From assembly GCA_027021705.1 (NCBI GenBank), contig JALUTT010000071.1:1-43338 (forward strand): DNA of 43,338 nt, given 5' to 3'. The translations under genes were made by a program, and so were the position numbers. Below the pieces are notes generated by a model. That model did no database searches and was not told where the DNA came from. It was given only the letters and a program-made list of their open reading frames with translations. Shown here piece after piece: positions 17,321-25,561 of the stretch (its first letter is position 1; the number at the start of each line of letters is the position of its first letter). The stretch is from Anaerolineae bacterium. Lineage in GTDB: Bacteria; Chloroflexota; Anaerolineae; S140-20.

Positions 17321-17463
17321 AGGACCGAGGACTGAGGACCGAGGACTGAGGACTGCCCGACCGACCGCCGACCGCCGACCGCCGACCGGGGGGAGGCACC
17401 GAGGACTGAGGACTGAGGACTGAGGACCGCATACGACCACTTGACCAAGTGACCACCCGACCA
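17321..17463. repeat. Heptamer tandem-repeat patchwork
   Basis: GAGGAC(T/C) runs, CCGACCG runs and GACCA-like units. Confidence 0.8.
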
Positions 17464-17478
17464 AAAGGAGGAGAGAGC

Positions 17479-18402
17479 ATGCAAGCTGCCAGATCGCCCG
17501 TCCGTCGAGAGGTGCTGCCTTACCTGGCCATCATCCTCGGCGTCACAGCCGTCTCCTTCGCGGCGATCTTCATCCGCTACGCCCAGCGGGAAGCGCCCTC
17601 GCTGGTCATCGCGGCTTGGCGGCTCACCCTGGCCTCGTTGATCCTGGCCCCCACCGCCCTGACCCGCTACCGGCAGGAGATCCGTCGGCTGACCCGCCGC
17701 GAACTGGGATGGGCGATCCTCTCCGGTCTCTTCCTGGCCGGCCACTTCGCCTCCTGGATCACCTCCTTGGCCTACACCTCCGTCGCCAGCTCCGTCGTCC
17801 TGGTCACCACCTACCCCCTCTTCGTCGGGCTGATCTCCACTTTTCTGCTGGGGGACCCGGCCACCGGCGCAATGTGGGTCAGCATCTTGATGGTCACGGC
17901 CGGCGGGGCGATGATCGGGATGGGAGACTTCGGCGGAGGGCGCAACCAACTCCTGGGGGACCTGTTGGCAGTGATCGGAGCGGTGACGGCGGCCGGCTAC
18001 TTCCTCATCGGTCGGCGACTACGGGCCAACCTGCACCTGGTCACCTACATCTCCGTCGTCTACGGTGCAGCAGCGATCTTCCTGATCGCCTTCGCCCTGA
18101 TCGGCGGCTACCCCCTCTTCGGCTACAGCCCCGTGGCCTACTTCTGGTTCTTGATGCTGGCCCTGGTCCCCCAGTTGCTGGGCCACTCCTCCTTCAACTT
18201 CGCCCTGCGCTACCTCTCGGCCACTTATGTGACCATCACCGTCGTCGGGGAACCGGTGGGGTCCACAGTGCTCGCCTACTTCCTGCTGGGAGAGGTGCCG
18301 GGCCTCTGGCACTTCGTGGGGGGAGCGCTCATCCTGACCGGCATCGTCCTGGCCTCTCGGGAGGAGCGGCGGATCCAGGCTGAACGGGAGCGATCCGATT
18401 GA
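17479..18402 (+). CDS. DMT/EamA-family transporter
   Basis: AGGAGG RBS; about 10 TM segments; HFASWITSLAYTSVASSVVLV, GHSSFN, EPVG. Confidence 0.9.
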   Translation: MQAARSPVRREVLPYLAIILGVTAVSFAAIFIRYAQREAPSLVIAAWRLTLASLILAPTALTRYRQEIRRLTRRELGWAILSGLFLAGHFASWITSLAYTSVASSVVLVTTYPLFVGLISTFLLGDPATGAMWVSILMVTAGGAMIGMGDFGGGRNQLLGDLLAVIGAVTAAGYFLIGRRLRANLHLVTYISVVYGAAAIFLIAFALIGGYPLFGYSPVAYFWFLMLALVPQLLGHSSFNFALRYLSATYVTITVVGEPVGSTVLAYFLLGEVPGLWHFVGGALILTGIVLASREERRIQAERERSD

Positions 18403-18434
18403 GAGTACAGGTAGATGAACAGCAAGCATTGTCC

Positions 18435-18463
18435 TTGACGGGGAAACGCCGTAATGCTATAAT
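18435..18463 (+). promoter_or_regulatory. sigma70 promoter of citrate synthase
   Basis: TTGACG-17 nt-TATAAT with TG extension. Confidence 0.8.
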
Positions 18464-18516
18464 CGGACCTCGTAATGAGCCCATAGAGCATCGAAGCTAA
18501 GGAGGAAGGAAAACCT

Positions 18517-19632
18517 ATGTCGGTCGAAAAAGGTCTGGCAGGCATCGTCGTAGCCCAGACGGAGCTGAGCTTCATAGACGGTCAGGAGGGGGTGCTCATC
18601 TATCGGGGGTACCCGATAGAAGAGTTGGCCGGGCGAGCCTCCTTCGAGGAAGTGGCCTACCTGCTCTGGTACGGTCTGCTTCCCAACCGTTCCCAACTGG
18701 ACCAGTTCGTCCAGCAGTTGAAGGCCGAACAGACACTACCCGGGCCGCTGCTGGAGGTGATGCGCTACTACCCCCGCTCCACCCATCCGATGGCGGTCCT
18801 ACGCACGGCCGTTTCAACGCTGGGGATGCTGGACGAGGAGGCGGACACGACCGATGAAGCGGCCAACCGGCGCAAGGCCCTCCGCCTGATGGCAAAGATG
18901 CCCACCATCATCGCCGCTTGGGAACGGATTCGCAACGATCGAGAGCCGATCCCACCCCACGAGGAGCTGGGCCACGCAGCCAACTACCTCTACATGCTCA
19001 CCGGTCAGGCCCCCGACGAGGCCGCCACGCGAGCAGTCGAGACCTACCTGATCCTGCTGGCCGAGCACGGGATGAACGCCTCCACCTTTGCCTGCCGGGT
19101 TGCCGTCTCCACGCTGGCGGACATCTACTCAGCGGTGGTGGCCGGCATCGGCACGCTGAAGGGGCCGCTCCACGGCGGAGCCAACGAGCGGGCGATGCAG
19201 ATGCTGCTGGAGATCGGCTCCCCGGAGCGGGCCGAGGCCTACGTGCTCGACCTGCTAGCCCGCAAGGAACGGGTGATGGGGATGGGCCATCGGGTCTACA
19301 AGACCCAGGACCCCAGGGCCCGTATCTTGAAGGGGCTGGCTGCCCGGATGAGCGACCGGCGCTGGTACGACATTGCCCTGGAGGTGGAGCGCGTCTTCCT
19401 GCGGGAGATGGTGGGCAAGCGCCTCTACCCCAATGTGGATTTCTACTCTGCGCCCGTCCTCTACGCGGCCGGCGTTCCCATTGACCTCTTCACGCCCACC
19501 TTCGCCATCAGCCGCGTCGTCGGCTGGACGGCCCACATCCTGGAGCAGTACGCCGATAACCGTCTGATCCGTCCTCGGGCCGAGTATGTCGGTCCCAAGG
19601 GCCTCAAGTGGGTACCCATCGAAGCCCGCTGA
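18517..19632 (+). CDS. Citrate synthase (dimeric/2-methylcitrate synthase type)
   Basis: EHGMNAST, GPLHGGAN, MGMGHRVYK, DPR, PNVDFYS, LIRP. Confidence 0.95.
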   Translation: MSVEKGLAGIVVAQTELSFIDGQEGVLIYRGYPIEELAGRASFEEVAYLLWYGLLPNRSQLDQFVQQLKAEQTLPGPLLEVMRYYPRSTHPMAVLRTAVSTLGMLDEEADTTDEAANRRKALRLMAKMPTIIAAWERIRNDREPIPPHEELGHAANYLYMLTGQAPDEAATRAVETYLILLAEHGMNASTFACRVAVSTLADIYSAVVAGIGTLKGPLHGGANERAMQMLLEIGSPERAEAYVLDLLARKERVMGMGHRVYKTQDPRARILKGLAARMSDRRWYDIALEVERVFLREMVGKRLYPNVDFYSAPVLYAAGVPIDLFTPTFAISRVVGWTAHILEQYADNRLIRPRAEYVGPKGLKWVPIEAR

Positions 19633-19741
19633 TCCCGACCGCCGCCGCTATTCGGGGGGGAGCGACGGCGATTCCGAAATCCAAAAGAGTGCCCGGCTCG
19701 GAGAGCCGGGCATCCTCGTTTCCAAAGCCTTCCTCCAGCGC

Positions 19742-19861
19742 AACTATTCACCCTCCCGCAGGTTAAGCGCATTTCTGACGCGAAACCGTGCTTCAAATAG
19801 CCCATCGGGGCTGAAAGTGCCTTCGACCGGTGACCTGCGGGAGGGTAGGCTGAATAGATAC
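19742..19861. repeat. Dispersed IR-bounded element, copy A
   Basis: ACCCTCCCGCAGGT (19750) ... ACCTGCGGGAGGGT (19846); near reverse complement of copy B. Confidence 0.85.
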
Positions 19862-19903
19862 CCTCCGGCGCTCTGAGCGGCCCCGGGCATCTTCCCCAAT
19901 GGC

Positions 19904-21148
19904 TCACTCCCAACGGAAGAAGCGGAAGGAGATGGCGAGGGAAACGATCAACCAAGCGGATAGGACCAATCCGTCCAGCCAGAGAGGCTTCCAAGCGCTG
20001 GCCTCCACCATCACCTGGCGTAGGGCGTCGCCCAGGTAGGTGAGGGGCAGGGCGTAGAGCACCGGTTGCATCCAGTCGGGGACGAAATCTATGGGAAAGT
20101 AGACCCCGGAGAGGAACATCATCGGGAACTGAATGGCCTGCACGATGGCGACGCTGGACTCCTCGGTGCGGGCAAAGGCGGCCACCACGTAGCCCATCGC
20201 GATGAAGGTGAGCGCCCCCAGGAAGACGAAGAGGGCCAGCATCCCCAGCCGGTTCCCCACCTCCACCCGGAAGACGAGCCAGCCCACGACGATGATGAGC
20301 ACCGTCTGTAGCACGGCAATGATCAGCCGGAAGAGGACCTGGCTGGTGACCAGGGCGGAGCGGGGCAGGGGCGTCGCCCCCAGCCGTTTGAGGATCTGGC
20401 GCTCCCGCAGTGAGACGACCGTGCCCGCCGCAAAGAGCCCCAGTTGCATCAGTGAGACGGCCAGGATGCCCGGCACCATGTAGTCAATGGTCCGCAGGTG
20501 CTCCGCCTGGAGAGGCTGGAATTGGGGCGCGAGGATGCGGGGCCGCTGGGTGACCATCTGGTCGAAGCGCTCGAAGAGGCCGCCGAGGACCCCCTGCAGG
20601 ACCTGAGCCCGGGTCGGCTGGGAGGCGTCGTAGTAGATGGTGATGGGGACCGGATCCCCTCGGGCGAAAGCCCGTCCCATCTGAAGCTGGAAATCGGCGG
20701 GGAAGACGATAGCAGCGGCCAGGTCCCCTTGCTTCAGCGCCTCCAGCACCTCCTCACGGCTATCCCGCGAGATGTAGAGGGGCAGGCGGGCCTCCTCGGA
20801 TCCTGCTTGCTCCTGCTGCCGGAGGCGTAGCGTATCGCTCGAGACGTAGCCAGCGGCAATCGCCCGCTCTAAGGCGCGTTGGCAGAGCTCCCGATCGTCG
20901 GCGGGGAACGCCTCCCCGCCTTCGTCCCGATCCATAGCTTCCATCTGACAGTAAAAGCCGGCCGCCGCCATATCCTCCGGGTCCTCCAAGACGACACCAA
21001 CCCGGAAGCCGCTGATGTCGGGGTCGCTGAAGAGCAGGCCAAAGATCAGGATGAAGAGGATGGGAAAGGCCAGGGTCCAGAAGAGGGCCATCCGGTCCCG
21101 CACGTACTCCTTCACAGCAGCGACCGTCAACGCTCGCAACGCACGCAT
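19904..21148 (-). CDS. ABC-2 type exporter permease
   Basis: FWTLAFP, DYMVPGI, RERQILKRLGATPL, MMFLSGVYFP, LPLTY. Confidence 0.92.
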   Translation of the reverse strand: MRALRALTVAAVKEYVRDRMALFWTLAFPILFILIFGLLFSDPDISGFRVGVVLEDPEDMAAAGFYCQMEAMDRDEGGEAFPADDRELCQRALERAIAAGYVSSDTLRLRQQEQAGSEEARLPLYISRDSREEVLEALKQGDLAAAIVFPADFQLQMGRAFARGDPVPITIYYDASQPTRAQVLQGVLGGLFERFDQMVTQRPRILAPQFQPLQAEHLRTIDYMVPGILAVSLMQLGLFAAGTVVSLRERQILKRLGATPLPRSALVTSQVLFRLIIAVLQTVLIIVVGWLVFRVEVGNRLGMLALFVFLGALTFIAMGYVVAAFARTEESSVAIVQAIQFPMMFLSGVYFPIDFVPDWMQPVLYALPLTYLGDALRQVMVEASAWKPLWLDGLVLSAWLIVSLAISFRFFRWE

Positions 21149-21190
21149 CAACCTACCTCCTTGCCCCCGATGGATGGTGGATCGCCGACC

Positions 21191-22111
21191 TCAGTCCCGA
21201 ATGCGCCGGCCGGTGAGCTTGAGGAAGACATCCTCCAGCGTCGCCCGGCGCACGTGAAGCGCATCCACCTGGAAGCCGGTCCGCTGCCCCCGCTCGAAGA
21301 GCGCGGCCAGGGTAGCCTCCACATCGTTGGTGTAGAGGGTGATCGTCTTGCCATCCTGGCGGACCTGGGTGACGGCCGGTAGGTCCTCCAGAGAGAAGGA
21401 GGCCGCCTGCTGGCCGTTAATCTCGAACTCCACCGCCCGTTCCTGGAAGTGGGCGCGGATCAAGGCCTCGGGGGAATCCAAGGCGATGATGCGGCCGTGG
21501 TCAATCACCGCCACCCGGTCGCACAACCGCTCCGCTTCCTCCATGTAGTGGGTCGTCAGGAAGACGGTAGCGCCCGCGCTCCGTACCTGCTCGATGACCT
21601 CCCAGAGGGAACGACGGGCCTGAGGGTCGAGCCCGGTCGTGGGCTCGTCCAGGAAGATGATCTCTGGCTGGTTGACCAGCGCCAGGGCCACGGAGAGCCG
21701 CTGCCGCTGACCGCCGGAGAGCTCCTTGGTGAGGGTGTTGGCTTTCTCCTGCAGGTTCACCATAGCGATCAACTCGTCCGCCTCCCGGCTCTGGGGGAAG
21801 AAGCTGCGGAAGAGGTTGAGCACCTCCCGAACGGTGAGCCGAGGGAAGAGGGCAGTGGTCTGGAGCTGGACACCGATGCGGGCTTTGACGGCGTCGGGTT
21901 GCCGGCGCACATCCAGCCCCAGCACGGTCACCTGACCGCTGTCGGCCCGGCGCAATCCCTCGATGATCTCCACAGTGGTCGTCTTCCCCGCCCCGTTCGG
22001 CCCCAGCATCCCGAAGATCTCGCCTCGGCCCACGGTGAAGCTAATGCCGTCTACCGCTTTAATCTCCCCGTAGTACTTGCACAGATCGCGCACTTCAACG
22101 ACGGCGCTCAT
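21191..22111 (-). CDS. ABC exporter ATP-binding subunit
   Basis: GPNGAGKTT, LSGGQ, FLDEPTTGLD, TTHYMEEAE, TLEDVFL. Confidence 0.95.
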   Translation of the reverse strand: MSAVVEVRDLCKYYGEIKAVDGISFTVGRGEIFGMLGPNGAGKTTTVEIIEGLRRADSGQVTVLGLDVRRQPDAVKARIGVQLQTTALFPRLTVREVLNLFRSFFPQSREADELIAMVNLQEKANTLTKELSGGQRQRLSVALALVNQPEIIFLDEPTTGLDPQARRSLWEVIEQVRSAGATVFLTTHYMEEAERLCDRVAVIDHGRIIALDSPEALIRAHFQERAVEFEINGQQAASFSLEDLPAVTQVRQDGKTITLYTNDVEATLAALFERGQRTGFQVDALHVRRATLEDVFLKLTGRRIRD

Positions 22112-22153
22112 CCCTCATTCCTCCTACCCAGCGGTGTTTCCGACGGTGCTCTG

Positions 22154-22411
22154 TTAAAAAGCCCGGATGATCCCCACCTCCTGGACATCCACCGGCACGC
22201 CTTCCAGTTCGGCGGGGATGCGGTCGTCGGGGGCGAGTTGGTCCAGGGGAACCTTCTCGTGCACCGAGACGACGATACAGACCTCGTCGGTCTGCCGTCC
22301 TCCCCGCTGCCGAAAGCCGATGCCCACCCCCACGACGTTGGCTTTGCGCAGCAGCTCGGCCTCGTGAGTTGCCTTCACCGCTTTTACCCGTTTCAGGTCT
22401 ATCGTTGCCAC
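22154..22411 (-). CDS. Small protein resembling a stand-alone N-terminal pro-domain of S1-like proteases
   Basis: GAGGAGG RBS then GTG22411; LLRKANVVGVGIG...IVVSVHEKVP...IPAELEGVPVDVQEVG. Confidence 0.65.
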   Translation of the reverse strand: MATIDLKRVKAVKATHEAELLRKANVVGVGIGFRQRGGRQTDEVCIVVSVHEKVPLDQLAPDDRIPAELEGVPVDVQEVGIIRAF

Positions 22412-22439
22412 TATGACCTCCTCTCGGTCGGGGCACCCC

Positions 22440-23381
22440 TCAGAAGGTAGGCGTCGGGAGGGGCAGTTGCTGGAGCAGGAAGGCCATCTCGGTGCGGGCC
22501 AGAGCCTCCAGTTGGGCGTTGTCCTGGGCAGCGGCCAACTCTGCCGTCCGCCGCAGCATTTCGATGGCCCGGTCAACTTCCCCCCGCAGAGCGGTCACCC
22601 GGGCGGCCAGGTAGAGGGCTTCAGGCCGGTCGGGCGTGAGGGCCAGAGCCACCTCAGCATCGGCCGCCGCTGCTTCCAGGTCGCCTGTCCCCAGGAAGAG
22701 CTCCCCCCGGTAGATGTAGGCCCAGCTCTCATCGGGCAGGCGACGACGGGCCTCCTGAAAGGCCCGCCGCGCCGCCGCCTCATCCCCCAACCGCCGGTAG
22801 AGGAGGTTCAGCCAGAGATAGGGCTCGTACTCCTTCGGCTGGAGTCGGGCTGCCTCCTCGAAGGCTCGGACCGCCTCCTCCAGCTCGCCCTGGGTGAAGG
22901 CCATCTGCCCTTGGTCCAACCAGTCCAGGTAGGCCCGCAGTTCCGGAGGGGGGGCCAGGAAGCGTTGGTACAGGAAGGCGGCGACGGCGATCAGGACTAT
23001 CACCGCCAGTCCGATCTTCAGAAGACGCCGCCGGGCCCGGCGTCGCTGCTGGGCAACCACCTCGTCCAGGTGCCACCACCACCGCCCACCGCGAGGACGT
23101 TCCGCCACCAGCCGAGGACCGACCTCGGCCACGAAGCGAGCAGCCTGGTGGCGGAGCTGCCCCTCGACCGTCTCCAGACGTGCCCGCTCCGGTCGCACGT
23201 CCATCCCCTTCCGCTCCAGCGTGGTGAGGAGGACAGCCACCCGGTCCAGATCGCGCAGGAGCTCCAGCGCTTGAGGACCGGCCCCCTGCAGGTGGCTCAC
23301 CCGGTGCTCACAGCGGTCCAGGAGCGCCCGCAGTTCGTCCGCCGGGGTGCGGGGCTGCTCCGGTGTGACCAGTTTGGTCAT
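22440..23381 (-). CDS. Single-pass membrane protein with TPR repeats
   Basis: WWWHLD, basic stretch, one TM, then TPR-like helices. Confidence 0.8.
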   Translation of the reverse strand: MTKLVTPEQPRTPADELRALLDRCEHRVSHLQGAGPQALELLRDLDRVAVLLTTLERKGMDVRPERARLETVEGQLRHQAARFVAEVGPRLVAERPRGGRWWWHLDEVVAQQRRRARRRLLKIGLAVIVLIAVAAFLYQRFLAPPPELRAYLDWLDQGQMAFTQGELEEAVRAFEEAARLQPKEYEPYLWLNLLYRRLGDEAAARRAFQEARRRLPDESWAYIYRGELFLGTGDLEAAAADAEVALALTPDRPEALYLAARVTALRGEVDRAIEMLRRTAELAAAQDNAQLEALARTEMAFLLQQLPLPTPTF

Positions 23382-24211
23382 TTCCGGCCCGTGCTCACCT
23401 TCTGCTCGTAGAGGTACTCCAATCCTTGCCTCAGCAGGACCTCCGCCTCCTCGGGGGATTGAGCGGAGAGGGTGAGGGGGGCAAGGAGCTCAGGGATCAG
23501 TTCGATCAGTTCGGTTCGGGGCCGACCGGCCTGGCAGAAGGCCCCAACGGCATCCCTGACCTGCTCCAGAAAAGCGATCATCGGCCCCACCGCCGAGAGA
23601 TCGCTAACCGGTCCATAGGCGGGCACGATGAGGTCCACGGCGATCTCCCCCTGCCGCAAGCGCTCCAGGGCCGCCAACCACGCCTCCAGGTCCATCTGCT
23701 CCAGGCCCGGGACGGCACCGACGACAACGGTGTCGCCGGCGAAGAGGACCCGCTGCTCCGGCACGTAGACCCAGAGGGCGGTCCCCGTGGCGTGGAGCAG
23801 ACGGATCTCCTGACCATCCACCGGCAAGATGAGGTGCCGGCTGAAGGTGATCTCCGGCAGGCGGACCGCCACCTTCTCAATGGCCGGGTCCTGCTCGCCC
23901 AGCTCTGCGACAAGGGCCTGGCGAAAGGCCTCTTCGGTGTAGGAGGCCATGGCCGGCCAGGCCGTCTCGTGGGCCACCGGCCGGCCGCCCAGGAACTCGG
24001 TCCCCAGCACTCGGTCCTGGCGGTGGTTGGTGTAGATGACGAAACGGATGGGATGATCGGTGAACTCGGCGATGCGGGCCCGCCAGTGCCGGGCGTCTCC
24101 GGGCAACAACGGGGTGTCCACACAGATCACCCCTACCTCTGTGAGGATACAGCCCACGTTGACGCCCCGGTAGCCGGTTTCGACGTAGATGTCGGGCGCA
24201 ATCTCTTCCAT
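23378..24211 (-). CDS. MBL-fold (cyclase-like) protein with degenerate metal ligands
   Basis: AAGGAGG RBS; VDTP, TNHRQDR, VLFAGD, VPAYG. Confidence 0.8.
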   Translation of the reverse strand: MEEIAPDIYVETGYRGVNVGCILTEVGVICVDTPLLPGDARHWRARIAEFTDHPIRFVIYTNHRQDRVLGTEFLGGRPVAHETAWPAMASYTEEAFRQALVAELGEQDPAIEKVAVRLPEITFSRHLILPVDGQEIRLLHATGTALWVYVPEQRVLFAGDTVVVGAVPGLEQMDLEAWLAALERLRQGEIAVDLIVPAYGPVSDLSAVGPMIAFLEQVRDAVGAFCQAGRPRTELIELIPELLAPLTLSAQSPEEAEVLLRQGLEYLYEQKVSTGRK

Positions 24212-24258
24212 GTCCGGCAGACCTCCTTGGTTGTCCGCTGTCCGCAATCCGCTGACTA

Positions 24259-25551
24259 TCACCTGCCGACCGCCCCTTGCGATCCGCCGTCCGCCCCCGC
24301 CAGACGATCCCGAACCCGCTGGACCACCAGGGCCATTGCCGCCTCCAGTTGATGGGCATCGCTCAGACGGCCACCGCCCTGGGCGAAGTCGGGCCGTCCC
24401 CCCCCACGGACCTTCTCCAGCACGCCGTCGGTGCTCCGCACCAGTTCCGCCATCGAGAGGTCGAGGGCCTCCGAACGGGCGAAGCAGAAGCGGGCCGTCC
24501 CGGCGATCTGGGAACCCAGCAGGGCGACCACGTGGGGATGGGCGATCAGGGCCCGGGCCAGAGCGGTCAGCTCTCGGGGCTCCCGCCCCCGAAAGGTGGC
24601 GACGACCAGGCGCACGGGACCGACGGTCGGCGCAGCGGCCAGCAACTCCTGGGCCTCGTGGTCGAGCAGCCGCCCCTGAGCAGCCTGCAACTCCCGGCGC
24701 AGCGCCCGGTTCTCCTCCAGCAGTCGGGTCACCGTCCTGTCCAGGTCCCCATCGCCGACGTTCAGCATCGTGACCAGTTCCTGGAGGATCTCGGTCTTAC
24801 GCCGGTAATCGGCCAGGGCCCGCCCCCCACAGCGGAAGAAGAGGCGCGTCTTCTCCCCTCGGTTCTCCACCCGGACCACCTTGATGATCCCGATCTCGCC
24901 GGTGTAGGAGACGTGGGTGCCCCCACAGGCAGAGAAGTCGAAGTCGGTGACCTCCACGACCCGTACCGCCCCCGCCACGGCGGGGGGACGGCGCAGGGGC
25001 AACTGAGCCAACTCTTCGGGGGAGACGATGCGGGCGGTGACAGGTCGGTTCTCCCAGACGATCTGGTTGGCCACCTGCTCGGCCTGGGCCACCAGCGAGG
25101 GGAGCAGCCGGCGCTGATTCAGGTCAATGGTCGCCACCTCCAAGCCCCGGTGGGTAGCCGGGCTCAGGTGGAAGGAGAGCGTCTCGGCCCGGGCGACGCG
25201 GAGGAGAGCCTGGGAGAGGATGTGCTGGCCGGTGTGCTGTTGCATGTGGTCGAAGCGGCGGTTCCAGTCCACCTCGCCCGTGACCTCATCCTCCGGGATC
25301 GGCGCGGCCAGCACGTGCAGGATGGGGGCGGTCATATCCCCCCGGTCGTGGCCCTCCTTCAGGATCAACACATCGGTCACCTCCACCCCGTTCAGTCGGC
25401 CTCGGTCGGCCGGCTGACCGCCGGAGGTGGGGTAGAAGGCGGTCCGATCCAAGACGACGGCCGGCTGGCCCTGGTAGCTCAACCGCCGGATCACCCGCGC
25501 TTGGAAGTGGGTCAGGTAGGGGTCGGTGAGGTAGAGACGTTGGGTCTCCAT
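24259..25551 (-). CDS. Alanyl-tRNA editing protein (AlaX type with DHHA1 domain)
   Basis: LDRTAFYPTSGGQPADRG, MQQHTGQH, SACGGTH, C-terminal GGGRPDFAQGG. Confidence 0.92.
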   Translation of the reverse strand: METQRLYLTDPYLTHFQARVIRRLSYQGQPAVVLDRTAFYPTSGGQPADRGRLNGVEVTDVLILKEGHDRGDMTAPILHVLAAPIPEDEVTGEVDWNRRFDHMQQHTGQHILSQALLRVARAETLSFHLSPATHRGLEVATIDLNQRRLLPSLVAQAEQVANQIVWENRPVTARIVSPEELAQLPLRRPPAVAGAVRVVEVTDFDFSACGGTHVSYTGEIGIIKVVRVENRGEKTRLFFRCGGRALADYRRKTEILQELVTMLNVGDGDLDRTVTRLLEENRALRRELQAAQGRLLDHEAQELLAAAPTVGPVRLVVATFRGREPRELTALARALIAHPHVVALLGSQIAGTARFCFARSEALDLSMAELVRSTDGVLEKVRGGGRPDFAQGGGRLSDAHQLEAAMALVVQRVRDRLAGADGGSQGAVGR

Positions 25552-25561
25552 CGGACTCACG

